A stretch of 64,000 nt of DNA, taken from contig NC_047065.1 of the NCBI RefSeq assembly GCF_902459465.1, forward strand, positions 10,044,001 through 10,108,000. Direction: 5' to 3'. The notes under the pieces were generated by a model. It was given only the letters and a program-made list of their open reading frames with translations. It was not told the DNA's origin and did not search any database. Shown piece after piece: positions 22,326-35,200 of the stretch (positions are counted from its first letter, which is position 1; each line of letters starts with the position of its first letter). Made by a program: the position numbers and the translations under genes. This stretch comes from Asterias rubens. Taxonomy: Eukaryota.

Positions 22326-23843
22326 TAACGTCCGTCGATATATCGAAAATACTCAAAAACTCGATATTTTTTTGACATCGAAATCGCCGATGTCACTTTT
22401 ATAATCATATCGTAATATCGGATTTTCGATATATATCGAAAAATTTCGATATTTTGAAAATTTCGATGTTCCTAAATGATATCGAAAATACCAAAAGAGT
22501 GTCCGATTATTTAAAAGAAATCTGTGTTTGAAAAGCCGTCGTCGTTATGTAGTTTCATCATTTTGAGTTGCCCTATTAAATAAAATACGTTTTACAAGCA
22601 AGTATGTCTGCATGTTCTTTGTGTTTTCGCCATCAGCCGCCGGCCCGCCGCAGAAGTTCACGACCCCGCGGCGAGCGCACTGTAAAACCTCAAAAGAAAC
22701 CGCCGCTGCTGCCCCAGCCTATCGGCTGTTTAAGATGCAACTTCCCATTGTGCATGTGATCAAAATCAATGCGTCTTCATCACAGCATTATTGACTTTGC
22801 AAAAATACCCCGCAAAAACTTCCCCGAATCAACAAGACAAACAAAACAAGGAAGAAAACAATCTTACAATAATCTTTCTATCAATCCATGGTATCGTAAT
22901 GGCGTCATTTTGGTCAAATAAAGCCTACACGTTGTGTTGTTTTCGGTGAACAAGCTAACATTTCCGAGGAACTATATGCTTCGCAGACCACGCTGTCGGC
23001 GGCTATTGCGTGCGTACCAGCGAAGACTATGCTGTTGTACGGTTTAAGCGTGCACACCAGCGTGTATGGTTATTGCAATTCGGGGGGAAAACCCGTTTGC
23101 CCAAGCATGCGCAGACACATGCAGTCTTTGGTCAAGGCGGTATCGCGTGATGCACTGCGTTATTTCGACAATAGAGGGCGTTCTAGCATTCAATGTTTCT
23201 TGCCTTGGTTATAGAATGCAAAGTAAAAAGACTACGAGCCTTTATTGGAGACTATGTGACTGCATGCTGCGTGCGTTGTATATTGTGATCGCTGAGTGGT
23301 AGGTCTGTGTTTTGCGGGACTTTCTAGTGATTTTTTTTCGACGATTATCTCAACCATTTTCAACCGTAAAGGTAGTCCGCGCACCCGTCGGACAACTTGA
23401 TTGACACTTCTACGTCAATGCATCGGCAACTGACACCTAAATGTCGGCGAGTCACGCAGCTCACAAAGGCTCTGTGTCATTTTGAGACGGCCAATCATGG
23501 CCAATCACGAATCGAGAATTGTGGTGAGCGTTCACCAATTGGCCAAGCCAGCGGTAGCGGCGATCATACTTTGTTGTAAAACCAGAAATAATCGGGGCGG
23601 GACTACGCAATCTGAAATTGTTTGGACTACAAACAAGTTCGGGGGATCAGACAAAAACAAGTTGAAATGTAACCCTATTAAACTGTCAGTCTATGGTATA
23701 AATATTTCTACCTCCATGAGTATACCAAGTGCTGTTTTTAGGCTTCCATCTTGCGCGCGGGAAATACTCGATATATCGAGTATACTCGATATTAAATTTT
23801 CGATATATCGATAATGGGAAAAAACCGACATCGACGGACGTTA
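22326..23843. mobile_element. hAT-like non-autonomous DNA transposon
   Basis: TIR TAACGTCCGTCGAT / ATCGACGGACGTTA; 8-bp TSD GTTTTAAT at 22318-22325 and 23844-23851; many subterminal CGATA/TATCG motifs; no transposase seen. Confidence 0.88.
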
Positions 23844-24746
23844 GTTTTAATCATGACAATATGGACCGGAGCTCAAAGAAAAAAAACTTGTAATAACTTT
23901 AAGAGCACTGTAGAATCCCTTGAGCAAAAGTTTTTATATTTTGAATATATAAACATGTAAATGAATATCAAGGACAGTAGATTTCTGAAATGTCAAGTCA
24001 TAATAACCTGCATGTAAGAATGGTTGTCAAGTTGGTACATCAATCTTAAATTAATGGCTGTATAATTCTTTCAACATTTCTAACAATCTCGAATGCTAAA
24101 TTCCTTGGTTTTATGATTCAATGAATTCTGGATCGGGCAAAACCGATGCAATAAAAACAGCGACAAACCAGCCATTTATAGGAAGTGCAAGAAGGTGCAC
24201 TATGGATAGCACTTGAGTCAAAGACTCTTTCAGTGCCATTTTTTTTTATAAGCTAAATTTACGTGAATGAAAAAAGAAAAGAAAACAAACCTGAATGCAT
24301 AAAATAGTTTTAAAAACATTGAAACTATTTACAATTACCGATGTTATATTTTACTCTGGTAATATCTCAAAGGTTCAGATTTTAAATTGGGATATCAGAC
24401 AGGGGGGATGGCATTTGTCAATGTTCTTTTCAAATTGTTGATGATTCTTAAAAAATCAAAAGCGACATTTTTGGAAACGTGGATATTTAAAGAAAGGGAC
24501 AACAAAATTTGTTTCCCTGAAATAATTTTGTTATTCATTATTCAGTAATTTTCTCCAGTCAAAATGTATGCTGCCTATAAAATTTCCAAATATTTGAGCA
24601 AATAGGACTTCGGCTTACATCATGTCTAAGATTCATTTGTTCCAAAATAAGGGCTTGACTGAAACAGCCAATTTTGTGTCGTTTTTTTGTAACTTTTTAA
24701 CAAAAATTTGAATCTTCAATTGAAACTAAAAACCAACTTTTGCTTT

Positions 24747-25133
24747 ATAAAGGCAGTGGACTATTGGTTATTACTCCAAATAATTATTAGCTTAAAACCT
24801 TTCTTGGTGACGAGTAATGGGGAGAGGTTGATAGTATAAAACATTGTGAGAAACGGCTCTCTCTGAAGTGTCATAGTTTTTGAGAAAGAAGTAATTTCCA
24901 CGAATTTGATTTCATGACCTCAGATTAAGAACTTGAATTCTCGAAATCAACCATCTAAACGCACATAAATTCGTGTGACAAAGGTGTTTTTTCTTTCATT
25001 ACTATCTCGCAACTTCGATGACCAATTGAGCTCAAATTTTCACAGGTTTGTTATTTTATGCATATGTTGAGATACACCAACTGTGAATGCTAGTCTTTGA
25101 CAATTACCAATATAAGTGTCCACTGCCTTTTAA
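24747..25133. mobile_element. TTAA (Kolobok-like) MITE
   Basis: Family TIRs and internal sequence. Confidence 0.85.
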
Positions 25134-25325
25134 CGGTTGGCAACCCCAGTCCATGACAGGGAGATGATAGAAAGGGAGATCTAGTTCCATTGATACGATC
25201 AGCAAGGTCGATGCTTACCTTCAGGTCGAGGTGTCTCGGTTGGTGGAGCTGATGGATAACAAACAGAACAGTCAGTTATACGTATTTTAATAGAAATATG
25301 TGTAGTTATAATAAAGTGTTTTTTT

Positions 25326-25600
25326 TTAAGACACTGGACACTTTTTTAGTAATTGTCAAAGACCAGTATTCTCACTTGGTGTAATCCCAACATATGCAGG
25401 AAATAACAAACTTAACAACAAATTTGGAACAAATTTTCGTCAAAGTTGCGAGAGAATAATGGAAGAACTTGTCACACAGAGTTGTGTGCTTTCAGATGCT
25501 TGATTTCGGGACCTCAAAATCTAATTCTGGAAAATTTAAATTCATGGAAAATTTCTTCTTTCTCGAAAACTATTTACTTAAGAGCGGTCTCTGCATGGAC
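25326..25600. mobile_element. Truncated TTAA MITE
   Basis: ttaagacactggacac end plus decayed internal sequence. Confidence 0.7.
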
Positions 25601-27369
25601 TCCTTCCCGTAAAGGTTTCGTGATCAACTACACAAAGTGTCTACCCTTTTATTGCAATTTTTAAATGTCGTAATTATATACACATAGTAATTTGTTGTTT
25701 ATTAATTCCCCCTCTTGTAAAAAAAAAAAAAACCTTTGAAACACAACCCTTTTCCCCTTATAAATATGTTGTATGCATTAATGCACAGTAGATACCGCAC
25801 TGGAAAAAAAAGGGGGGGGGGTGCAGGAAACAACAAACATTTCTTAACCGTTTTGGTGATGTCTTTTTCCCTGGTGTAAAAAGGGCATTTTGAAAGAGTA
25901 TAATACTGACTACTGTGTTGCATATTTCTTCAAACTCTGATGCGATGCGGGTATCCGTTTTTATCGGAGTACAATAATATCCAGATCCAGATCCAGAACT
26001 GATATGTCTTGTAACAAAATTAAATTAGGCCTATCTTTGCCCAAATAAAAAAAACGCCTAAGTTCTACAGTTCAAATTTAAAAGGTGTTTTTGTTCTTTT
26101 GTTTCAATCATCGATTTGATATCTGTTATTGGCCTTTAGATTGCACCACATTGCATAGACCCCATGCCGTAAATGCATTGCGCTCTCCCCTGCAGTGCAT
26201 GCTCCATCCTTGACAGATTTGACCACCACAAGTGTGAAAGACGCAGAAACTGCACAGTATAACGGTCTCCCGTGTTAAAGTTTTTTGAGATAATTTTAGT
26301 ATTCACTTTCTGTTTAGTTGTATATTTAATTAGTATGCATAATGTTGCCATACCATACATGTATATTGCCAGGAAGACAGTCCTCAACTCGCCTTGTCCA
26401 TGTATTCGTGTACAAATCATAGCACTGCCCAAACCTAAAGCCATGGCGGCGCAGCCACAGCCCCACAGACCAATCAACCCCTTCCCCATGGTTTATTTTA
26501 TTATTTTTTAAACGTGTTCCCAAAAGTGGTCATTTTCGTACTTCTCAACATATCATGGATACGAGGTTGCAGACCAGTGTGCAGCTCTTGCGGGGTTGAA
26601 ACAACATAACGGCTCTATCGCAACTATCGCGAGACTGCTGTATGCTCTCCGCGAGATTTCTGTACACGACGAAACTGCTCTTATAGGCCCTGTTTGATAA
26701 CAAGGCTTCGGCTTTGGATTCGGCTTCAGGATCCGTCCTCTCGTCTGAAGCCCTGAGAACGTACACAAAGCACGCGCAATTATTGTCAAAACAACCGCGG
26801 GGCCAAGCTAGCCTAAGCCGAATCTGGAGCCGCAGCCTAACATTCGAAAAGGGGCCATAGTCATGAGAGCAGCATTCTCGCGCGCACTGTTTAGCGAGAT
26901 AGTTCTAGGAGAGCCGTTTCATTATCACGGCAACAGCCATCAACGACCTGTCCACAAAGTACCAAGAAGACGGAGAAACACTACGTGACACCAATGGACT
27001 TCCGTAGTAGCAACAAGATCACTGTATAGCTCTTTGAATTTGGCAATGTACGGATAACATTTCATGATGAATTCATGTACCCCCCCCCCACCCCCTAAAA
27101 AACATGAATTATTGAATAAATAATTTTTGGGTAAAATACGCAGTTCAAAGTCACTCGTTTTTTCCTCGGTAATTATTGATCAGGAGCCGCGGCCGTCCGA
27201 AGTCATTACCTAAATAGGCAGTTACTTTCAAACTCTGGCGTTGCAATTGCGAGCACCTTTTCTTTGTTTTGGGGTTGTTTGTGTAACAGAAAGAAGAATC
27301 AGGTTCGGGTTTTTGTGGACTTAGTTTTGGATATTCAAGTTATAATTATTATATTTGTATATTTATTAC

Positions 27370-27618
27370 CTGGGATGAATCGAAAATATGCCTCAAATCC
27401 AGTATACTCCAGGTCTTCATCAGCTACGAACAAAATCCAGAGGTAGCGGCTGGTGGTGGTGAAATTAATGGGTGCTTTGTCCCCGCAATATTTGCCAATT
27501 AATGGCGAGAAGCCGTACCTTCCATCTCGAACCTCAAGGTAGTCGTACACACACTCATCATGATACTCAATCTCGAAATCAGCATTGAAGGTTACCTCAA
27601 CTACCTCGTTCTCTCCCG
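27370..27618 (-). CDS. Neto: Neto exon 3: CUB1 core (AGENEVVEVTFNADFEIEYHDECVYDYLEVRDGRYGFSPLIGKYCG...LEYTGFEAYFRFIP)
   Basis: The DYLEVRDGxxGFSPLIGKYCG motif is characteristic of Neto CUB1; AG/GT boundaries; phase 1-1; 249 nt. Confidence 0.95.
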
Positions 27619-28218
27619 CTAAAATGCAATCAAAATACCGTTATAGATAATCAGGGGGGTGATTGTAAAAAGATCTTTATCTGTCAAAGTGATTTAATAT
27701 ATGCAATATAATGCATGGTCTTGATGAGTTTATGCATTTTGTTCGCTGCAACTCCACAGACATCCTTTGCCAATTTGTCATTGAGCGAAATCGTGCTCTT
27801 GGTATGCAAAGGAATATAACTAATTGAATGATCGGTATTTATAAGACCATGTGTTTTTATTACTCTATCAACTTCATGGCTGACAGGTGTGGGAGTCTTT
27901 TTGAGTGGAACTGACAAGACTTAAGACGTTATAAGAAGGTTATTTAGTTTGATATGCAAACACATATCGAAAGAGCCATAACATTGTTTCTAGAAAAGAA
28001 ATGGAAAAATTCCTACAATTTTGTACAATAAGGGATATTGTTTTACTGAACAACCACCAAGGAATTATTTTGAACGATAAATCGATTCGAAGAAAGAAAG
28101 AAAGGTGTTGAAAAAGTGTGGAACAGCTACCTCCATTTTATACAACCGTGGTAAGTTTCTTATGTAAGCCTATATAAGCATATTGTACGACGTATATCGG
28201 TTGTCAATTCAAATACTC

Positions 28219-28545
28219 AACATATGCATGAAATAACAAACCTGTGAAAATTTGAGCTCAATTGGTCATCAAAGTTGCGAGATAATAATGAAAGAAACAA
28301 AACACCCTTGTCACACGAAGTTGTGTGCGTTTGGATGGTTGATTTCGAGACCTCAAGTTCTAAATCTGAGGTCTCGAAGTCAAGTTCGTGGAGAATTACT
28401 TCTTTCTCGAAAACTGTGGCACTTCAGAGGGAACCGTTTCTCACAATGTTTTATACCATCAACCTCTCCCCATTACTCGTCACCAAGAAAGGTTGTATGC
28501 TAGTAATTCTTTTGAGTAACTACCAATGGTGTCCACTGCCTTTAA
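28219..28545. mobile_element. TTAA MITE missing one end
   Basis: Internal family sequence; ends gtgtccactgcct|TTAA. Confidence 0.8.
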
Positions 28546-28864
28546 ACGGGTTTGGAGTAAGACCAGTATTCGGAGAAAGTGATTTTTCAACTGCAACCAC
28601 CTCGTTGGCATTTTTTCAGAAACTGCCACTACCCCCTACTACACTACCTCCCGCCCCACCCCGCTGATAATGGCCAATTATGTACAAAACCCCATTACAA
28701 ATTGTTTAGCTTCTTCTCGTAGAGCATGATGGAGGTCGTTCCTCTTCAAACTGTCTAAGAAGTTTGCGTTTATCATTAAAGATGCTATGTCAGATTTTTT
28801 GCCGATTTGACCCAAACATGTTTATTTAAACTTCAATAGGTATTTTGATGGGGGTCGAGAAAGA

Positions 28865-29142
28865 AGGCTCAATCGGTCATCGGAGTCGGAAGAAAATAAC
28901 GGGAAAACTCACTCTTGTTTTTGCACGTTTCGCCGTGTCATGACATGTGTTTACTATAAATCCGTAATTCTCGATTTCGAGAGTTGATAATTGTTTCAAT
29001 GTTTTCTTAAAAAGTAAAGCATTTCATGGAATAATATTTCATGGGAAGTCTTTTACCATTACCTTCTGTAAACCCTGCAAGTTACTTGTAAATCTGTGAG
29101 CTTTTATTTTGTTTCTGTTCCGAAAGGGTATAATGGCTTTAA
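28865..29142. mobile_element. Partial TTAA element of a related family
   Basis: ggctcaatcggtcatcggagtcgg...ccgaaagggtataatggct|TTAA; shares the gctcaat(c/t)ggtcatc core with the main family. Confidence 0.65.
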
Positions 29143-29857
29143 AGGGAGGGTACCTATGACCTTAAACACTATACTCATAACTACTAGAAAGAATTCACTT
29201 CATGGAAAGAGAGTTATTCAAAAACATTTTAATCTGAGTAACGTTTCTGCATAAAGCGTTTCTTTTTTATTGCCTATTCAAACTACGGATTAGTCTTCCT
29301 CCGTGGACCAAACCGCTCCAGATTTTTACCAATGTCTCAAAACGGTACCAGCTTTTGAATTCCACTGGTCGGATCAACCATACCCCCCCCCTACCTACAA
29401 TCATGATCAAAGTAATCGAACCATTCCAAACATTTCTTTGCCTTTAACTCATCGCCTTTCTGCTGAAATGAAAGATTTCGATTTTGACGATCATGACAAA
29501 AATGGTCGGTGAAAGGCATGCATGCCTCCATATAAGGTCGTGTAGTCTCATATACACGCAGACTATAATTATAACAGCTGATTTGCGTCAGGAATCATTT
29601 TGTGGATTTCATTCAAAGTCGTACGTTAGAGATTCTTTTGCAACGGCATAAAAAAGCAATGATCAACGATCTAAGCTTATTTTAAACTTTGCAGTTTGCG
29701 GAGTGAAGTTTGCGGTTGAATTATTATAAGCAGCTCTCATAAATAAACACCCAAGTAGGCTGAGGTGTAAAAAAAATTACGATACGGTCATACTCTGTTC
29801 CTAAGGGAATATTATTCAGATCAGTTTTTTTCCAAATATTACTTTCCCGGACTTTAC

Positions 29858-30025
29858 CTTCAAAAAAATACTGGATTTCGAGTGAAGCCGGGTAGACAGC
29901 AGGGTAGTAGAAACTATTGAAGTAGAATTCATCTTGTGGTGTGTCAGTATCAAACAACCACTCATACTGTGTTGCAGACTTATACGTATTTGGCTCAGGG
30001 AAGATCACCCGGGGACCATCATCAG
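29858..30025 (-). CDS. Neto: Neto exon 2: N-terminal part of CUB1 (ADDGPRVIFPEP...EFYFNSFYYPAVYPASLEIQYFFE)
   Basis: Acceptor ttgttgctttcAG, donor G|GTAAAG, phase 1-1, 168 nt. The FNSFYYPAVYP motif corresponds to the CUB FTSPNYPxxYP motif. Confidence 0.85.
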
Positions 30026-30964
30026 CTGAAAGCAACAAGCAAAACAACAGTCTACGGTCAATTTGTAACAATGGGTTGGGACAATGAAAATTGGGCTTAA
30101 AAAATTGTTTTTCATTTTTTTTTTTTATTATTGTCATGAATGTTTGATTTAGTATTTTTGATTTGATATAATAAATGAACTAGATAACCATGCAAAAAGC
30201 TTGCGGGATAACATGTGTAGCCTAAATCTTGTCTGGGCCGAGCGTTGGTTCAAGAGCCGATGTGATATCGACGTTTCGAACACTCTTCTCAGAGATGAGA
30301 AGACAGCAGACTTTGGCAACCGTTCGAAACGTCGAAATGTCGATGATCCTCTTTCTGAGCTAACACTTGTACCGCATACCGGCACGTATACATTAAAGAG
30401 TAAATAAGTTGGTGGTTCAGCAAGCCCTCCAAAAAAAAATAACCCTTATCACATGGTTCTCTATCACGCATGAAATTATCACAATTATTTCGAATATTTA
30501 AAAAGATTCTGTTTGTTAAAATAAAAACACAACGCTAGATTAGTAAACACTATATTATAAGAAGTGGGAAAAAGTGTCAAACGGGTCGACTTACAATGTT
30601 AAATCAAATAAATAAAAGAGCCACATGATGTAGCTGGGGACGGTTCAACATTCTGGCTCAACCAAGAGCTATCAGCAACAACTTATGCCAACCAAAGGTA
30701 GCACCAAGAACCCACAAGTTGCGCTGGCAATGTAACGGAAACTTGGATCGATTACACAAAGAGTTACGATTGATCAGATTAAGCTCTGTATCGATCTTAA
30801 TTGCTAAGCAAAGTGTGATATCACAATCACTATGGTAATACTGACAACCCGTCTCAAGATGAATCTTGCTTTGTGAAATCGGCCCCTGACGTTATAACCA
30901 GGGATAAGAAAGCCCTGTAGAACGTCAGACTCCGTACATGCAGTGGTAAACGGAGACTGACGCC

Positions 30965-31141
30965 ATAGACCTTTACCACGGTGTGGTTATCTTGATTTAA
31001 CTCCAATCCAGCTCATTGTATAACCCAAACTGAGGCTGGACGAATCAATAGTCTGGTGCCAAGCAATGATTGTTAGCATTGATTACTGTTATGGAAACAG
31101 GGAGACATGACAAAGGTGGTGACAGCGTGATAAAGGTCTAT
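30965..31141. mobile_element. Small TIR element
   Basis: atagacctttaccacg / cgtgataaaggtctat. Confidence 0.7.
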
Positions 31142-31145
31142 AACT

Positions 31146-31312
31146 GGCAGTCAGGGTGACTCAGTGGATTTTTTTCTCAATGCCTTTCACCTCTGTTGGC
31201 CCCGGTTATAGCCCAGACCTGAGCATTGCATGGATTGGGTTTTCTAGTCCCTGAACGCGTGGGTTTTCCCTGTAGGGGTTCGCCTCTCCACGTCTAAAAC
31301 TAAAACGTCTTT
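31146..31312 (+). mobile_element. Decayed tRNA-derived SINE
   Basis: A-box-like ggtgactcagtgg, degenerate B box (ccggttatagccc), then a non-tRNA tail (tggattgggttt..gtgggttttccc..tctaaaact). Confidence 0.55.
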
Positions 31313-31459
31313 ATTGTCTTCACAACAACAAGTTTGTGATGTGTTTCCATAATAGGACAAGTGTGGCTGTAGAATTCAGATTCAGAAAACCATGCAGCGC
31401 TATCCAAGGAACCACGGCCTCATTTCTTAACACAAGAATTAGGTAAAGTGACCACTCAC

Positions 31460-31538
31460 CCCCATCCTGACCACAGCAACCAAGGATAATCACCAGGAGT
31501 AGCACTGCAAAGATATCAAAAGAGGGAAAACAAATCAT
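31460..31538 (-). CDS. Neto: Neto coding exon 1: signal peptide MICFPSFDIFAVLLLVIILGCCGQDG
   Basis: ATG at 31538, hydrophobic core, donor G|GTGAGT; phase 1 G + CT of the next exon gives Ala in frame. Confidence 0.75.
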
Positions 31539-32411
31539 CTGATTTTAAATATTTATCATCTTTCAATATGCCTTGATGTACAGAGCTAGCTCTTTATAGG
31601 CCTTTTTTAGTAGAATAAACACTGTATGGTTTGGGTGTACAACAGAATTACCCATAAACCAAATTCTTTTGTTGTTGAATGTATTCATCATAAACTCAAA
31701 ACTGCTTATAATAATATGGACTATCTCGCGCCAATGTAGAGTGATTGAACGCTCCACAAACTGTCAGAGTATGCGCAAGTCATACACAACCTCTTGTTAT
31801 TGTCATAAATATGCAAATAATAAAATTTCGAAATTATTCCTTTAAATGAAGCCCCCCCCCCCCAGCTTTCACAAAATTTCATTAGACACCTAAACTTGTA
31901 TCTTCACCGATTATGTATAACGTGTTTGTTTTAGTTTTTTAGGGTGCTTTTACTGTTGGCACACAACTGCAATATTATTGTTTCAGGCAAAAACAACAGC
32001 ATAATGTTGTATTGTATCTACAGTATCACAAAAATGTGAAGTGTGGGCTTGAGAGTAAAAAAGATCTGGCTTGAACACGCCCACACAGTCATTTTGTGTT
32101 TTCAGTTTTAGAGAAAACATGATTTTTCTTTAGTACAGAACAGAGAATGTCAATAGAGTGTGTGTTGGTAATTGTGGGCTTACAGAGGGGTCCTTATTGG
32201 GTCTTTTACACACTGGAACATGGGACACCACAACGGAACTCTTTGAAAAGGGAAAAATTGAACCGCAATGACACCACCAACGGACCCAGTTGGTTGTACC
32301 GTCTCTTTTTGTGCACACCTTTTTGAGACTAATGGTAAAACAAAACGTGGATTACAAAAAAAACTCCAAGGCGGAGTTCTAAAGACCGGGGTGCTTCAAA
32401 AGGAAATGTGT

Positions 32412-32681
32412 GCACAAAGTCTATTCAATACCTAACTCAAGCTTATCATTGCACGGGCACAAAGTCTATACGATACCTAACTCAAGCTTATCATTGCACG
32501 GGCACAAAGTCTATACGATACCTAACTCAAGCTTATCATTGCACGGGCACAAAGTCTATACGATACCTAACTCAAGCTTATCATTGCACGGACACAAAGT
32601 CTATACGATACCTAAATCAAGCTTATCATTGCACGGGCACAAAGTCTATACGATACCTAACTCAAGCTTATCATTGCACGG
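32412..32681 (+). repeat. 6 x 45-bp minisatellite
   Basis: Unit gcacaaagtctatacgatacctaactcaagcttatcattgcacgg, near-identical copies. Confidence 0.95.
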
Positions 32682-33321
32682 GCAGCATTCGTTCGCTCAT
32701 GGCATGTCGCATGGCACATCGTAATGTTAATCATGTTTAATAACCAAAGATCTTATTGTTTATGCTTTGATGGTAAATCCCGTCTACTCGTTGATAATCT
32801 GTTTGGATAGATCTAGGCGAGAGAACAATTTTATTTGCATTCATTTTGAAAGCAAGACCAACACGCTTTAGATCTCAGTCTTTGTTTGTACTATGAGTAA
32901 CCAGTTGTTCGAATAGTAGGTCTACCGGTAGATAAAAATGTATCACACAATTCCATGTTATAATGGAATAACCATTGATATTACATGTCACATGCAATTT
33001 TTAACATAAGAAACGTTGTCTTACCCCCATATTTTATTATTTATTATATTTCAATAATAAGTTCCTGTTATTTTTTTATTTCATTACCTTCAGCATAATT
33101 TTGTTGTAAGCGCAGATTACACTCGCTGTTTATACTCAAAGCTACAGAAATTGGCGTGTTACCCAAAGTTGATACACAACAATAATTTGTATCCTGGAGT
33201 TAAAAAAAGAAAATTGCTCGAAGAAGTCAGTACCCAGTTGAACCAATATTAAGCGGGGTCCTTAGAAGCGAATTTTCTTTGATATCTACCTCCATGATAT
33301 AATCATGAATTTAGTTATCAA

Positions 33322-33519
33322 AGGCAAATTTTTGTTGACTGGTGTTCATACTCGTCCCTAAGAAAATATTTATATTAAAAGTACAAACAAACTGTAATTA
33401 AAACATGTGATTTCAACAGTAAACAGGCAAATTTTTGTTGACTTGTGTACATAATCGTACATACGAAAATATGTACATTAAAAGTACAAACAAACTGTAA
33501 TTAAAACATGTGATTTCAA
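33322..33519 (+). repeat. ~103-bp tandem duplication
   Basis: aggcaaatttttgttgact...aaaagtacaaacaaactgtaattaaaacatgtgatttcaa occurs at 33322 and 33425. Confidence 0.85.
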
Positions 33520-35067
33520 ATGTATACAGTTTCAATTTAACACAAACTTCCACGAAAGCAAAGTATATGGATTCTTGTCGTCTATTAAAAAATATCGGAC
33601 ATGATGTGGACATAATGTGTACTAGCGGGATGCCGCTTTGCGCGGCACCCCGCTAGATGAGGAGGATTCTAGTATACAAATGTTGTAAAAGGTAATGTGG
33701 GGGCAAGGGAGGTATTCTTACAGGTAATAATCATTTCGTAGGATTGGAGAAGAAATTGTATTTATGATCGGTATGGAAATTTGTCATTAATGTTGTATTT
33801 TGATAAAAACTAATTGTTGAGCGCGCACAACTTAGTTGTGAAACGTCGCGACGCGTCGCCTCCTCTCCTCACCTTCTCTCTTGCGTTCTCCAACTAAAGG
33901 AATTGGTGTTTGTTTCTGGAATTGAGCTTTAATATTGGGGATGGGTGTACTTGGCAATGATGGTACTTGGCATGATATGTAGGGTATTTCGTAATATTTT
34001 AGTGTTGATCTTTTACGCATAGTTTTAATTCAATCGGCTTTTGTCATTGTGTCAATTTTATCCACTGCACTGAGTATTTCCCAGCTAAGATGACTGTAAG
34101 GGTAATAACGCTTAGACGACTAAAAATATAGCACGTACACTGCTCCAATGACACACTTGTGACTCATCCTGAGTCCCGCCCAAACTGCTTTCATTATAGT
34201 TACGAACTTTGTGAAACATTTGCCTTGTTATTTTGAGGGTCTGTACGTCCAGTTTTGGTTAATTTATATGAAGATGGGCCAATCGGACAATGTATAACAC
34301 GCTGAATGTGGAATCAGCAGTGGTATTTGGTTCCCTTAGCAACAAATCCATAGTCACCGATAGCCACGGATTTGAGTGGTCTAAGTCTGGTCTCCCCCCT
34401 CAACAATTATAACCGCTGCTAATAGTAATAGCAGAGGAGAAATCCGACTGAAAAGGCTTGTATGAAAGTGGTATACCCTCTTTTAAAACAAACTCACAAT
34501 CACAGCCACTAATAGCCGCGGAGTTTATCTGACTGAAAAGGAAGCTTCGAAGAAGTTCTGGTATACAACAGATACAAAAAAAAACGTGTCAGTTGGTATG
34601 GACTTTAACGACAAAGTCAATTTCTGCAAAATTGTATTGAAAATAAAAATATTTAATGATTGGTTGCTATAACTGTTGAATGATTTTTGCTTTGTTTCCA
34701 ATGAGGTGTACACGATTTTAGAATCTAAGGCCCCATTCATCGTGATTTATTGAGCGTACGTCCAACGACGCAAACAAAGTTGTCTGAGCACCAAATAAAG
34801 CGAGTTTTCGGAACATGCTGTGCAACATCGTATCTACTGTTTTTACCACCGCTTTTGGGAGTAACAGAGCGTCGGCCTCATTAATTTTTAGTTTATTCTC
34901 ATATCAATTAATTCTCATGTAAACTTTCTGGTGAACATCCGCCGGGGCGCGCCCCGCGTGACGAAGTCCCCTGATAAAACATCCAATTATATATGTTATC
35001 ATAATTATCTGTGGAACCCTAGACGAACTAAAATAATAGAAACGGTAATTTTATTGGTCTTTAATAA

Positions 35068-35200
35068 CTACTCCTACATTCTCTCACTTAATTCACTTTC
35101 AGAAAACATTTGCCTAGTTATTTTGAGGGTTTGTATGCCAGCTACCCCTACATCCTCTCACTTAATTCACTTTCAGAAAACATTTGCCTTTTTGTTTTAA
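35068..35200 (+). repeat. ~74-bp tandem duplication
   Basis: ctctcacttaattcactttcagaaaacatttgcct occurs twice. Confidence 0.85.

Noticed and set aside
31146-31230. tRNA gene
   Set aside because: Only degenerate A/B boxes, no cloverleaf, and it continues into a SINE-type tail.
32408-32740. AYHCTGTKSIRYLTQ repeat ORFs
   Set aside because: Both frames are open only because the 45-bp unit is a multiple of 3; there is no splice or homology support.
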